NCBI GenBank assembly: GCA_951406725.2
Contig: OX597823.1
Location: 42,098,001-42,162,000 of the forward strand
Source: Octopus vulgaris
Taxonomy: Eukaryota
DNA: 64,000 nt
Reading direction: 5' to 3'
Shown here: positions 13,881-28,143 of the stretch, in pieces
Layout: each line of letters starts with the position of its first letter
Numbering within the stretch: position 1 is the first letter of the stretch
Position numbers and translations under genes: made by a program
The notes under the pieces: model-generated
Seen by the model: the letters and a program-made list of their open reading frames with translations, nothing else
Told to the model about the DNA's origin: nothing
The model's database searches: none

Positions 13881-14722
13881 AAGGTGGTGAGCTGGTAGAA
13901 TTGTTAGTGTGCCAAACAAAATGCTTAGCAGCGCATTTCTTTACTTTCTGAGTTTAAATTTCACCCAGATAGATTATGCTTTCCATCCTTTTGGGGTTGA
14001 TAAAATAAACCATCAGTCAATTACTGGCATAGATGGAATCAACTGATCTGTTCCCTTGAAATTTACTGGTTTTGTGCCAAAATTTTAAAACCAGCTTCGA
14101 GCTGGTAGAATCATTAGCATGCTGAGTGAAAAGCTTAGAAGTATTTCTTCCATCATTATGTTCTGAGTTCAAATTCCACCGAGGTCGATTTTGCTTTTCA
14201 TCCTTTCGGGGTCAATAAGATGAGTACCAGTTGAACACTGGGTTTGATGTAATCAACTCATCGTCCCCTTCCCCAAAATTACTGCCCTTGTGGCAAAATT
14301 TGAAACCAATAAGGCAGCGAGCTGGCAGAATTGTTAGCACACTGGATGAAATGCTTAGTGGTATTTTGCCTGCCGCTACGTTCTGAGTTCAAATTCCGCC
14401 GAGGTCAACTTTGCCTTTCATCCTTTCGGGGTCAATTAAATAAGTACCAGTTACGCACTGGGGTTGATATAATCGACTTACTCCATTTGTCTGTTCTTGT
14501 TTGTCCTCTCTGTATTTAGTCCCTTGTGGGTAGTAAAGAAATAGGTATTTTGCCTGCTGCTACATTCTGAGTTCAAATTCCACCGAAGTCAACTTTGCCT
14601 TTCATCCTTTTGGGGTTCATAAATTAAGTACAAGTGAAACACTGGGGTCAATACAATCGACTAGTCCCCCCCCCTCAAAATTTCAGGCCTTGTGCCTATA
14701 GTAGAAAGGATTATTATTATTA
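13881..14722 (+). mobile_element. Head-to-tail array of four SINE family B copies
   Basis: Heads at about 13881, 14093 and 14311, plus a 5'-truncated copy from 14544; each has gcctttcatcctttyggggt; bounded by TAT repeats. Confidence 0.88.
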
Positions 14723-14861
14723 TTTCTCCCATTATTTACCTTATACCTGTAATCAATGTTCCGTGCAAACCACAAGATTATATTTTAACAACTCTCATGA
14801 TTAGAGCGGAGGCAGGGACAAAAGTAATCTGTTTTCTTCTTGAATTGAATTCCTAATATAA

Positions 14862-15200
14862 GTGATGATAGGAGTGTGATCATAATGATGATCGTTATGA
14901 TCATGAGGATAGTGGTTATGCTGTTGGTGGTGGTGGGGTTGATCGTAATGGTGATAGTGGTGATGATGGGAGGGTGTTGATGGTGATGATAATGATCATA
15001 ATGACTATGATGATGGCAATAGTGGTTTTGCTGTTTTTGTTTTCATTGATGATGGTAATGATGAGGATAATGCTGCTGCTGATGATGACAGTAATGATAA
15101 TGGTAATTACAAAGGGAGTAACATTGATGGTGATGATGTGGAGGAGCAGGAGAACAATGATGATGACTACTAAGATGATGGTAGCAGTAACAGCAACAAT
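14862..15200. repeat. Degenerate (GAT/GGT)n low-complexity tract
   Basis: Trinucleotide periodicity throughout. Confidence 0.85.
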
Positions 15201-15752
15201 CACTTTTACCAATGCTCAACACTAATTTGTAAAGCAATCCTCCACATAATGAAGAATTATTCTGAGTTCAGTGAAGTATGATGAAAAATAAGCACTTCAT
15301 GGTTGAATAGTTGGATTTGTTACAAAGGGATTTATTGCTAATATAACCAGAATTCAGTATAAGCAGTCAAAGTCATGGTATTTATTGCTTTTCTGAGAAA
15401 AATTTTGGTGTTTAAGTGCACCATTTTACAAGAACTCACTTGAAGTGATCTGACAGTTATATAGAAATTATTTCATGATAATTCTACAATTAACTGCGAT
15501 TACACATGAGTGAAAAATCTTAAGCAAACGAGCATGACATAAATTAAACTCATGCTCTTGTAATTAATTGTCCAACACAATATTTTAACTATTCAACCAT
15601 TATGCACCAACACATACAAAGAGCAGAGATTTACTGATGTACATAGACATTTGTGGCCTCGTGCCAATGCTAGAAACAATATATGTGTGTGAGTTTGTGC
15701 ATGCATACGTATATATGTGTGTGCATGTGTATGTTTGTGTGTATATAATATA

Positions 15753-16660
15753 AGAAGAGCTTTCAAAAAGTATCTAGCTTCATTTTTTCCCACCATGGGC
15801 AAAATCCTTTGGGTGGAAGGTGACACCACCCAACTTGCACATGCATGAAAATTTTTTGCACCAGTTGACCGGGTCAGTTTTTGGCTGTTAGAGAGCTAGA
15901 GTGCTCATCAAATTTTCATTTTCAGGCAAGATGATCAAAAGCATCAAGCAGAGGCCATAAACCCTTGTCTCATTACCAGTGATGAAATCTAGGTCATTAC
16001 CTTCATGAAATCTAGGTCATGGTGGCACAGTCCAGCATGTCCTAAGTGATTTCCATGCAGAGTTGTTTCTGCTGCTTCACCAGCACCATGGGGGAAAGTT
16101 TTGCCAACTCTCTCTGCATGCACAAATCCTCTGTTAAAAATAAATACACTGATCCTCTGCTTATTCATACTCAGTAAGTAATTTCCTGTCTTGTTACATG
16201 ATGGTTTTCCATGACTATTTGGCGAACTTTCTCAATCAGCTCCTCGTTTCAGCTTGTGGATGGCCTGCCAGAGCATACCTTGCTCTCCACTGAGGGGCAG
16301 CCATGATTGAAGCAGTTGTACCACTCACTGATTTAAGTTTTTGTTCATGACATCATCGTCAAAGGCTTGCTGGATCTTCCTGATGGTTTGAGTTTAAATA
16401 TCATCGCGCTTTTGGCAAAACTTGATGCAGTATCTCTGCTCAAAGCATTTGGTCATCTTGCATTAAAACAAAAATCTGATAACTGTGCACTACATGTTTG
16501 TACTCTAGGCATAACAGATGGGGACTGACATGATGTACTGGTGTGAAAGTTTTCACACATGTGTATGAAGGATCATATCACTTCCCATCCAAAGGATTTG
16601 GTCACATAGCATTAGTTTGTGGGGGAAAAATAAAGTTGGATACTTTTTCAACGCACTTCA
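15753..16660 (-). mobile_element. Internally deleted mariner element with about 115-bp TIRs
   Basis: Ends ttcaaaaagtatctagcttcattttttccc and gggaaaaataaagttggatactttttcaa are inverted, as are subterminal blocks; minus strand encodes EQRYCIKFCQK...TIRKIQQAFDDD (mariner N-terminal HTH) with stops. Confidence 0.85.
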
Positions 16661-16679
16661 TATGTATGTGTGTGTACAT

Positions 16680-17108
16680 ATGGTATGACTGTGAGTGAGA
16701 AGTTCACTTTCTGGTTACATAATTTCTTAGTGGCACCCTGAACATGTGAATAGATTTGCTACATGGAAACAGAAAGAAACCAGTCATACACACATACATG
16801 TAGGTATGTATGTACGTATGTATGTATATATGTATGTATGTATGTATGTATGTGTTTGTATCTCCTTGTTTTGACATAGTGTGATGGTTGTAAGAAAGCA
16901 TCACTGTCGAACAGGCAGTTACCTTCACTTGCAGTCTTCCACAAAAACATGCCTGAACTGAGAGAGATACTACATTGCATGGAAACGGGTGAAAGTTGGT
17001 GACAAGAAGGGCATCTGATTGTAGTAAGCCAGCCTCCGCAATTTCTGTCTGATTTATGCAAGCATAAAAGAAAAGCCATTAAAACAATGATGGTGATGAT
17101 GATGACAA
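16680..17108 (+). mobile_element. SINE family C
   Basis: Degenerate A-type head, (TATG)n, then gacaagaagggcatc...tgcaagcat...attaaaacaatgatg. Confidence 0.75.
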
Positions 17109-17927
17109 TATACACACTCCTATATTTATAATATCTATGAATTCCACTCTGGACTAAGTTTTGCCAATGTACACAAGCCTGGGTTTCCTCAGATTCCAGA
17201 TTTTGTTACATAAATATAAGCACACTGACATATAGAGTCACACACACACACACATCTAGGTTGGTAAACTGTCGGTCCTCAAGCAACAATAACATCCTGT
17301 ATGAATTACTGTCCCATTTTGTAGCAAATCCCCTCCAGGCTTTTACTTTTTAATTCCATTCAATTCAGTCCAATTCAATTTATTTGAATATCACCAACTC
17401 TATTGTATTCCTACCTCCCATCCACCAATGCCTTGAGCAACAAGTTATCAGCATGGTCATTATTCTTCCAGACACTAATATAAATAAGAATTATACTTTC
17501 TACCATTTATTCATGGTACTGCCAGCAAAATTTAAATCATTATCTCTCACTGTTAGGAGTGTATATACTGGAATAATATCTTTAGTTCTTCATTTGGTTT
17601 GAGATGGCTGCAATAAACTGGATAATATGCAGCGTTTAACTCTTTGCCTGTACAAAGCATTTCCATAAGTTTGCTCTGAATGTCTGTGCTTGTTTACAGA
17701 CTTTTAGTTAGTTCTTGTTTCATAGATTCTGAATAATTTAAAACTTTTTTTTTTCAGAAGTCCAAACGCATTGGGGTCGTTGAGAAAATTGGAAATGTGT
17801 ATCATATATGATGCATGAATGCCAAGGAGATGTGTCCTGTGTATTGCATGTGATACACAAGGCAGGCAAATGGTTAAACAACTACAATTCTAAAGAGTTA
17901 AATAATTAGTGTGTGTTTATTAATTAT

Positions 17928-17980
<53 letters not shown>

Positions 17981-17994
17981 TATATCTACATACA

Positions 17995-18342
17995 TAGTCC
18001 ACATTGTAAAGTGGTTGGTATTTGGAAGAGCATCCAGCTTTAAAAAAAACCCATGCCAAAGCAGATCTCACCAGAGCTGGTGCCACATAAAGAGCACACA
18101 GTCCACTTTGTGAAGTGGTTGACATTAGAAAGGGCATCCAGCCATAAAAAAAATCATGCCAAATTAGACCTTGCTGGTGCTGGTACTATGTGCCAAGCAC
18201 TTAGGAAGGACATCCAGTTGTAAAAAAAACATGTCAAAACAGACAGTGAAGCTTGGTGCAGTCTTCTAGCTAGCCAGCTACTGTCAAACAGTTCAACCCA
18301 TGCCAGCATGGAAAACAGACATTAAAGGATGAGGATGATGAT
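17995..18342 (+). mobile_element. RTE-like 3' UTR fragment with repeated gaagggcatccag units
   Basis: Ends aacccatgccagcatggaaaacagacattaaaggatgaggatgatg, like 19498-19949. Confidence 0.65.
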
Positions 18343-19497
18343 CCTCCATATACACCCACTAATATATATCATCATTGTCACATCTGCTTTACAAGAGGAA
18401 TGTGTTGGATGGATCCTCATTTTCCAAATCATTTCTTTTTGGGACATGCTACTCCTATCGACTGGTGCTTGTACCTGTTACTTTGGACTGCTTTTTACAG
18501 CTAGTACCTTTTCTGTCACCAATCACTTTACGAGGTGTGGTGAGTGCATTTTCTTGTGGCACAAATGTTAGATAGTTAATATGTCCTCCATGAGATGAGA
18601 CTAAATGGAGCTCATGACCCTACACTTTTTCTCCTCATTTGCCAACAATTTCACTGTGTGTACTAGGGGTAATTTTTGTGGTACTAGCACTAGAGAGGTT
18701 GTTTTACTTACCAATCTTAGAGAGAGACTGCAGCAGGGGGGATTGAGTGGTGGGTCCTAGCATGGTAGCAGCATATGAAGAGAGGGAACTATGTACACAG
18801 TAAATGTGACTTCTCAATAAGCTAAGGAGTGTAGAAGAAAGAGAAGAAAAGGAGAGAGAGAGAGTAGATAAGTAAGAAATGGATAGTAAGGAGATGAATG
18901 AGACGGAGAGTGTGGTGCAACAGAAAACCCAGAATGGGTAGAATGAGAAAGACAGAGTTTTATTTTTAGTGAGGTCAAATAAGATGTGATTAGCGATAGG
19001 AGATATGGACAAATGTAAGGAGTGGGTGCTACACTTAAGTCAACAGTGGGTGAAGATGAGAACCAAAGCTAACCCAGAGGGAGAGAGCATGATGGTGGGG
19101 TGAAGTTAGAGTGTACTGGTTGATCGGATCAAAGTGGTCCAATGCAGTCTCTTAGTAAAGGGTGAGGGTGTCAAAGTCATGAGGAGGACACACTCAGCAC
19201 AGGTGATGAAAAGATGAGATATAGAGGGCTATGAGTAATAAAAAGACATGGGGACGGGGAAAAGTGGATCTGCAAACAGTAGTTAGATGAGGTGGAGTCA
19301 AAACTGCAAGATGAAGGTAGCAAATGTGTAGTCAGATATAGAATATCATATAGCACCTTGAGCAAGTGTCTTCTACTATAGCCTTGGGCTGACCAAAGCC
19401 TTGTAAGTGGATCTGGTAGTCAGAAGCTGAAAGAAGTCCATCATATATATATATATATATACACACACTCACATATATATGTACACACATGGAGAGA

Positions 19498-19949
19498 CAA
19501 TGATAGGAGATCGGGATATTTGGAGATATGCTGTGATTAAGAAGACCCAGCAACTAAAGTGAGATCGCAGCTATGCATGTCCAGCCCAGTTAAGATACCC
19601 CTGATACATCAGGTGATATGATATGCTTAAGAAGACCTGTTGAGTCAAGTAAAGCCAATATCATAGCTGTGGCCAGTGCCCCATGACTGGCTCCATCCTA
19701 GAGGAAGGTAAAAAGCACCATCGGAATGTGATCGATGCCAGGACCTCCAGACTGTCCCCCATGCCAGTGGCACATAAAAAGCGCCCACTGCTCTCTCAGA
19801 GCGTTTGGCGTCAGGAAGGGCATACAGATGTAGAATCATTGCCAGATCAGACTGGAGCCTGGTGCAGCCACTGGCTCTCCAGACCTCAGTCAAACCATCC
19901 AACCCATGTCAGCATGGAAAATAGACGTTAAACGATGATGATGATGATG
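19498..19949 (+). mobile_element. 5'-truncated RTE LINE 3' end
   Basis: ORF end DRDIWRYAVIKKTQQLK* followed by a 3' UTR ending catggaaaatagacgttaaacgatgatgatg. Confidence 0.8.
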
Positions 19950-22444
19950 TATAAGGGTTTAAAATATATCATAAAAAAGGGTTGTATAATACATTCATGT
20001 AATTAGAGCTCAGACTAGACCGGGTAACTAAAATACAGCATCAAAAGAAAGGGAGAAGAGAGAAAAACAAATGATGGCTACAGGCAATGTATTAGTTGAA
20101 CTAATGAAAGTACAATAAAATAAAAGAGAGACAGGTGGTTGTTAATGACATCAGGCCATAAAATAGTTATAGAGAAATGGTATGAATATAATTAAGTTGA
20201 AAAATAGGAAAATTTGGACAGCAAGATTTTTGGTAGTTCTTCATAGATAGGGAGATGTATGAATGATACGGATTATTTTCCTCAACAGGATGAGAAAATA
20301 TCACTTGTCTCACTGTTCAGTGAAAACAGGTTCAATATGCAACAACTGTTGACTTTAATAAGAGAAGAATTAAAATTTTGTGGTACATAGAAAATGTGTG
20401 TGTCTGTGTGTGCATATCCTTGAGTCAACATCGTGTGCTAGCTGTAAACAAATATCACTGCGATACAGTGTTGTTGACTTACAATCTTCTGTGAAAACAT
20501 GTCTTGCCACCATTTTGTCTGTGTTGGAAAATTTGGGAAAACTTTTATCTTACTTGGAAACAGGTGAGGGTTTATGACAGGAAAGGCATCTAACAGCAGT
20601 AAAATCCTCATATATGAATCTCATATGGCCCATGCATGCAAGGAAAAGTGGATATTTAAGTGATGATCACAAGCACACTCACTAACTTACTCACATTCAC
20701 ACACACACATTCATGGACACACACACACAAACACATATGTATGGATTATTATCCATCAAATTTGATGAGAGGATTCAGCTATATGGTCAGCTGATCTACC
20801 TATTCATTGAATTAGCATTAAGAAGTGGCTGAATAATCCACAAATATATATAATCTCCACATAATTCTTTATCAGAATCAGTATGACAAAAGCTGTACTT
20901 TTGGGGTTACAGGTATTATCCATTTGATAAGTTTCTGTAGAGTTTTCATCTGCACAAGGTTATAGAAATATGATATCGAACCAAGATACCATACAGTGGG
21001 ATCAAACCCAGAACCTTGTGGTCTTGCAGTTGCAAAGCAACCTCCTGTCCATGCTTTACACACACACATGTGTATGTGTGTGTGTGTGCTTGTATGTATG
21101 AATATATGTGTGTGTTTGCATGTACATATATTCTTTATAGCATATCAAGGAAATTACTACTTCAAAGAACGTTTTCTCCACAAAAAAAAATTAGATTTGT
21201 GCAGGAAAGAAATAAATGATGTTGAAATAACAACAACAACAATCTCCTGCAGGAATTTTAATTCTGATAATGAGTAAAAAAGTAGAATTAGATAAATAAT
21301 TACTGTAAAACCAAAAAAGAAAATAATAACAATAAAAATATAAAAAAACAAGCAACAATGGAAAGTTTACAAAAAAAAAAACAACAAAACAAAATACCAG
21401 AACAAATTTGTTAATTATTTCTCACTTAAAAGTTCATTCAAATATACACTTATATATCTTGTGCTTTTTTTACTCAAATCTTTAATTATTTAGTTCTTTA
21501 ATTTTTAACCCATTATTTTTTAGAAATTTTCTTTTTCTTTTCTTTTTTTTTTACCTTGGTATGAAAGTAGTTGGCAGTTAGTTCCAACAAAAATGCAGAA
21601 GTGTCAGTAGTAAAGACATTAAGGTTATCATTAAGATTTATTGAACATTTGCTGCATTTGGAGAAACATTATTGCATAGATTAAGCATTATCATTATCTT
21701 TATTCTTCTCACAATTATCCATGTTGTGATAATTACAGTTAATGGTGTTATTGTTGTGACCACTTTTGTTCCAGTTCTGTTTATATATGTTCTCTGCTTT
21801 TGGAATACTAGAATACAAGATATTAGTAGACATGAGCTTTAGTAAATTTAGTCTGAGTCTGTTTATCTGCTTTAAAACTTTCTATTTTGAATTTGTTTAG
21901 CAAGAATTTTGATCTGAAACTGTGTTCGAAAACAATGTTGTTATGTAGTTACTCTCAGTGATATTTAACATGTCTGAGTACATTTGAACAACATTTGAAC
22001 TTAGAAAGAGAATACGCTGGGCAAGTTGTCTCCAGCGAAGAAGGTTTCCTTATAGACAATATGGGTATAAACATGCCACTAGGTCATGAATAATGTCACT
22101 GGACCATAGAATGCATACATTTCTGCATCATTGCACTTCATCAGTTATGCATACCAAACCATCATTCATGGCTGCAAAAGTTAGTCGCACACTTACCATT
22201 TGTTGTTTGTTTATACTTCACTTCCTTTTTTTTAAGAAACACCTAACGTTTGAGTCCCTAACAATATATTTTTCCCTACACTGATGCTGTGAAAAATACT
22301 CTAGGCAGGAATATAAACATCAACTGCTTTTGAAAAAATAGAGTAATATATAGATAAGCAATAACTGGTGAATATCCTTATGAGCTTTATTAAATATAAT
22401 TCATTCCAAATATAACAATAGTTAAAAAATTATTACATTTCTGT

Positions 22445-22775
22445 ATCATCATCATCATTGTTTAACGTCCGTTCTCCATGCTAGCATGGGTTGGACGGTT
22501 CGACCGGGGATCTGGAAAGCCAGAAGGCTGCACCAGGCTCCAGTCTGATCTGGTAGTGTTTCTACAGCTGGATGCCCTTCTTAATGCCAATCACTCCGTG
22601 AGTGTAGTGGGTGCTTTTTACATGCCACCTGCACAGGTGCCAGGCAAAGCTGGCAACGGCCACGATTGGATTGGTGCATTTTACATGCCACCGGTATGGA
22701 AGCCAGTCAAGGCGGCGCTGGCATCGGCCATGATTCGGATAGTGCTTTTTACGTGCCACCGGCATGGAAGCCAGA
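22445..22775 (-). mobile_element. RTE 3' UTR fragment
   Basis: Reverse complement homologous to 19760-19949 and 60358-60566; internal repeats of gtgcttttacatgccacc. Confidence 0.82.
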
Positions 22776-22894
22776 CTGTATCTACTGCAATATTTTGAAC
22801 AATTTTCATTTTGTTTATATTCGTTAAATATATCCAAACATTACATTTATTAGATTTTTGCAGTCACTTTTGATTTAGATAAGCAGGATATTTT

Positions 22895-23268
22895 TTACTT
22901 TATGCTTTTTCAGTCATTAGTCTGTGGCCATGCTGGGGCACACCTTGAAGAATTTTAATTTAAATGAATTGATCCCAGTACTTATTCTATCATTCTCATT
23001 GCTGATCTGCTATGTTACGGGCAGACAAACACACCAACACTGGTTATCAAGCAGTGGTGAGGGACAAACACAGATATAAAATACACACACTAGCACATAC
23101 ATATGCAATGAGCTTCTTTCAGTTTCCGTCTACTAAATCCACTCACAAATCTTTTGTCAGCCTGAGGCCATATAGAAGATACTTGCCCAAGGTGCCACAC
23201 AATGGAACTGAACCCAGAACCATGTGGTTGAGAAGCAAGCTTCTAATCACATTGATACACCTGCACCT
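22895..23268 (-). mobile_element. SINE family A
   Basis: Homology to 11128-11534. Confidence 0.82.
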
Positions 23269-23282
23269 ATGTTTATTTTCAT

Positions 23283-23580
23283 AGGTGCAGTTTGGCCATG
23301 AGGTCTTTGGTTTGATCCTATTAAGTGGCACCTTGGCAAATATTTTGTAAGTGAAATTAGGTTGATACAAACTGTACAGAAATCTGTCGGGTGGATTATA
23401 CTCACAATGCAAAAGATACAGTCTTATTACACATTGTGTCAAGCTGATTCTACCTATGAATTATATTAAAGTCCACATGCCTGTGGAACACTCAGCCACT
23501 TACACGTTAATTCAACAGCAGGTAATTCAGTTGATCAAACAGCTGATTCTGCCCTTTGTCAAAAAAGGAGGATCCATCAC
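23283..23580 (+). mobile_element. Old SINE-like repeat
   Basis: tRNA-like head remnant plus block tgtggaacactcagccacttacacgttaatt...gttgatca; similar blocks at about 20780-20850 (minus), 31920-31975 and 50915-50985. Confidence 0.5.
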
Positions 23581-23877
23581 TACCATTATTTGTTTGATGT
23601 ATGTCTGTATTCTATAGTCTTCTCTTGTGTAAGTTCTAAGTATGATTATGTTTCTGGAGATATTTTGGCTGATGCAGGAATCAATGAACCAAACACTGAT
23701 TTAACTAATTACCATATACATGTGATGTATATTATTATAATTTGGTTAAATTCCTCTTAGGGGAGAAAAAGAAACATTATTTGAAATATTTGCAGCATTC
23801 CTGATACACATCTTCCATTCCTCCTTATTATCCACACCATTTTTTAAGTTCTTGGACAAGTGGATCCAGTATCTTCT

Positions 23878-24104
23878 CATTTCTTTACTGTCAGCAAAGG
23901 GCTACATACAGAGGGGACAAACAAGGACAAACAAATGGATTAAGTCGATTACAGCGCCCAGTGCATAACTGGTACTTAATTTATCGACCCCAAAAGGATG
24001 AAAGGCAAAGTCGACCTCGGTGGAATTTGAACTCAGAATGTAACGGCAGACGAAATACTGCTAGGCATTTCACCTGGCGTGCTAATGTTTCTGCCAGCTC
24101 ACCA
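23878..24104 (-). mobile_element. SINE family B, long-tail variant with 12-bp TSD
   Basis: ccagtatcttct at 23866-23877 and 24105-24116. Confidence 0.92.
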
Positions 24105-24152
24105 CCAGTATCTTCTAGCAATTGATCAATGTAGATTTTTGTTGGTCTACTT

Positions 24153-24407
24153 CAGTGGTTCTCAACCATTTTTTGCCTATGGACCCCTTTGATTTCTATT
24201 TTACATGGTTGGACTCTCATAGACATTTGATGTTTAAAAAAAAATCCTACTATATTTTTATAATTAAATACTAGGAATTATGAGAAAAAAATTGTTAAAA
24301 TATTTGATTTATTGAAGAAGTGTAACCAATTTGTTGTACATAAACTTTAACAACAAAATCTTATGTGGACTCCCAAGGGCAATATGGACCCCAATTGAGG
24401 ACCACTG
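24153..24407. mobile_element. hAT (Charlie-like) MITE
   Basis: TIRs CAGTGGTTCTCAA / TTGAGGACCACTG; flanking 8-mers gtctactt / gtctatct match at 6 of 8; repeated subterminal atggacccc. Confidence 0.85.
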
Positions 24408-26449
24408 GTCTATCTCATTTCTGTTTACCATGAGATGGTCACCACAGAAGAACTTCCACTCTGCCAGCAGTGACTAATAAATAAATCTCAGCCAGCACTT
24501 TTTCATACAGTCTCTCTGGTATATGGAATGTCTTGGTGTAAGTCTTTTATTAGTCATGTGTTGACACCATTGAGATATTTAGTACAGCACAGATCATTCT
24601 GGTGTATAAGCTGTTAAGAGTTTACTTTACGTAGTTATCTTCACTGTTTACAGTAATTTAGTAAAAATTAGCTAATTTATGATAGACAACATTAAGTATT
24701 AGAATATGTTGACTCATGCTTACGTAACTGAAGTAATATATTTGTCAAAATAGACTTTACTTACTCACTTGACAGTCATAAAATTTAGTGCTGCAAATTA
24801 TGTTTTCCATGTTCATTTATCTGATCTATAATATTTTGTTGACTCTACTTCAATGAGCAGTTTTTATTTATTTATCTACTTATCATTTTTATATATCATT
24901 TACAAATACAGTTGGTTTTATTTTCATTTACTGAAACTATTTAAATATATTCATTAGACCTTTTTTTTTTCTTACATATTCACTTAATTCCAATAAAGTT
25001 TGATAGAGTAAACAGTAAATCTATATATATTAAAACTAACACAATGAAAATATGTTCCCCAGACTAAAATTAAAAGATAATGCAGTCATTGTTGCTTTAA
25101 TACATTAAAATCACTGTGAATCTGATTGGATGAAATCTAGTAATTTTGACAAAGCCACATGTAACCTAAACACTTTCTCTAAAGAAACAACAACATTAAT
25201 TTGCCGTTTATTATCCAAATAGTGAGGAAATCTGATAGACAAGCAGCTGCAATAATGAAATTCAAAGTAGCACACAAACCACTCTGAAGTGAAGCCAGCA
25301 TTTTTTCTCCCTCGACCCTTCCCACACAGTCTTTTATCTCTTATTTGCTTTGGTCATTGGACTGTGGCCATGGTAGGACACCGCCTCATTGAAGGGTTTT
25401 AGTCAAACAAAGTGATCCTGGTATTTATGCTTATTTTGTTTTAGAAAGATTGGTACTTATTTTACTAGTCTCATTTGCAGAGACTACCAAGTAGACAATC
25501 TAACACCATTTGTCAAGTGGTGGTGGTAGGAATGGGGTAAAGGAAACATGGACACACATGGATAGACACACATGTATGTCATCATGGATAGACATCATCA
25601 TAATCGTCATCATTCAGCATTCGTTTTCCATGCTGGCATAAGTTGGTCGGTTTGACTGAAAACTGGTAAGCAGGGGACTTGCACCAAGTTCCAATCTGAT
25701 TTGGCATGGTTTCTACAGCTGGATGCTCTTCCCAATGCCACATATATATATATATATATGTACATACATGCATGCATACACACACATACACAAAATGGCT
25801 CCCACAAAGTTTTTGTCTCCCAAATTTACTCAAAAAACATTGGATGGCCTGGGGTTATATGAGAAAACACTTGACTAAATTGTCACACAGTGGGACTGAG
25901 TTCAAAATGAAATGGTTGCAAAGCAAGCTTCTTAACTACACACACATGCCTGCACCTTGTAGAATCAATGTGACACAATGTACGACAAGGCTGCTCGTTT
26001 TGCTTTGCCAGGTTTCTTATAAGGTAACAAATTATCTATAAGCAGTTTTTATTGACTTATAGTTCTTAAGCTCAAATCTGCTGAATATTATTTTGTGTAT
26101 TTGAGTGTCTAGCTGATATACACAATATGTTCTAGGTTCCCTGAGGTTGTTGCATGTGCTAGATTTGTGTTGTAATCAATGAAAATGTATTTGTTATCCA
26201 CCTAATTTATATATAAATAATTTTGGTTAGGATGATCAAGGAATAACATTTTTTAGGATAAATATATCTTCCTTAAATGTGAATTTTTTTGAGGAATAAA
26301 CCAAGTTTTTTGCTTAGAAGAGAAATTACCATAGGGATAACAGCGTAGCATTGAAATCAAAGTACCAGCCTTTCCCTGCCAATTGCTTGAGATGTCCAGA
26401 TACAGATTCCAGTTTGTATATTTACATATAGGCCTAGGTGTGGTTTGTG

Positions 26450-27070
26450 AAGCACAGGCATAGCCATGTGCTTGAGAAGCTTGCATGCCAACCATTGGAT
26501 CTTGGGTTCAATTCAATCTGCTATGCAGTAAGCACCTTGGGCAAATATCTTCTAGGTTCAACAAAGTTTTGTAAGTGGATTTGGTTGATAGAAACTGGAA
26601 GAAATCCATCATGTGTGTGTGGGGGGGAAGAGTGTATGTACTTTTGTCTTGACACTATGTGTTGTTTGTAAATGAGCATCATCATCACACAAACAATGAT
26701 ATTGAGTTCCAATCTTCTATGAAAATCATGTCTAGCCTTGTGGAAATATTGACCTCAAATTTTGACACAAGACCAGCAATTTCGGCAAATGAATGGCAAA
26801 GTCAGCTTCAGTGGAAATTTGAACTCAGAACATAAATGTGGATGAAATGCCACTAGCTGTTTTGCCTGATATGCTAACGATTCTGCCAGCTTGCTGCCTT
26901 AAACCTTGGAGAAATATTACCTTGCTTAGAAACAGTGAGGATCGGTGACATGAAGGGCATCAACCCATCAGCAAGCTACCTCACTAAATTCTTTCTGATC
27001 CATGCAAGCATGGAAAAGCAAACATTAATTAAAACAACGATGACAACGACGATGATGATGATGATGATGA
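26450..27070 (+). mobile_element. SINE family C interrupted by an antisense family B fragment (about 26755-26900)
   Basis: ggaaatatt block appears on both sides of the insert; ends in (GAT)n. Confidence 0.75.
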
Positions 27071-27922
27071 TTTAGTATCTATTAACTACTCTTCCTTGCT
27101 AATAGATAAATTCTTGTAGCCAACCTTCCTCTAGTTGCTGCCTGAATCATTAACTGTGACATATGTGTGAAGGCTTGTAAAGATGAATTTAGCAGTAAGG
27201 ACCTGGATATACATCAACTTTTTTTATCATCAAAAGAACAAAGCCAAACTATGAATTAGTTGTCCAAACATTTCTTTGATGATTTTTGTGTTAGAGTTGA
27301 TACAGAACCTGCATTTACTGTGCCTTAAAGATATAATATCACAACTGCTCCAATCATGAAACCATAATAAACAAGTTTGTTCTGTTTTAAAGTTTTATAA
27401 CCACGCAGATGAGGAAGGAAATGGAAACTTGTAGAAGTCTAACAATAGAGCCAAAGGGAAATGAGTTTGGTTAGGAGGTTGACTAATCAATCTTACACGC
27501 AAACTAAACTGAAAAACATTAGAGAGTTAGAGATTTCTGTCAAAAATCCAATTAAGCTCGAAGAAATTGTCATCTCAACCAAGGTTAAAGGAAGAGAGAC
27601 AGACAGATAGACAGACTGAAACAAAGATAAAGAGAGACAAACAGAAAGAGAGAGAGACAAAGGAAACAAAGGGGTGAGTAGGAAGATAGAGAAGAGACTG
27701 ATATGGTAGAAGAGGATGACATGTAGTGGGTATTGTGCATGTAAGTGAAATTAAACAAATGATGCTATATTTCCAAACAAAGAAGATTCCTAAACATTGT
27801 TTTCCATTCTTCATGCCATCTAAAAGTAAGGACATAAATTGAATTCAATAGATTATATCTGTTTATTACATGGACTTGACAAAAAAATTGTAATAATTAT
27901 TGTCTGATGCATGGCAGTTTAA

Positions 27923-28143
27923 CCTTTTAGAATTCAGATTTCTCTGTCGCATGTAATACTTAATTATTCACATTGATAGGGATTAGTCTTGCCTTACCAT
28001 GTAGCTCTGAGATTTCAATGATATGGTTGTATATTTTTAGAATAATACTGTGGCGTAAGTGTGAAGGGCCAGATCTGGTCAGTTTCAAACTATAAACAGG
28101 TAGATTATTTTGGCCAGTTATAACTGGTTTAGATGCTAAAGGA
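27923..28143. mobile_element. TTAA-flanked MITE (piggyBac-like)
   Basis: ttaa-ccttttagaat...atgctaaagga-ttaa: short imperfect TIRs and TTAA on both sides. Confidence 0.65.

Noticed and set aside
14727-14852. Minus-strand exon-like segment with plausible splice sites
   Set aside because: Stop codons in all three frames.
17758-17875. Strong poly-T cag acceptor followed by unique sequence
   Set aside because: Stops in all three frames within about 65 nt and only weak donors; could be non-coding but unsupported.
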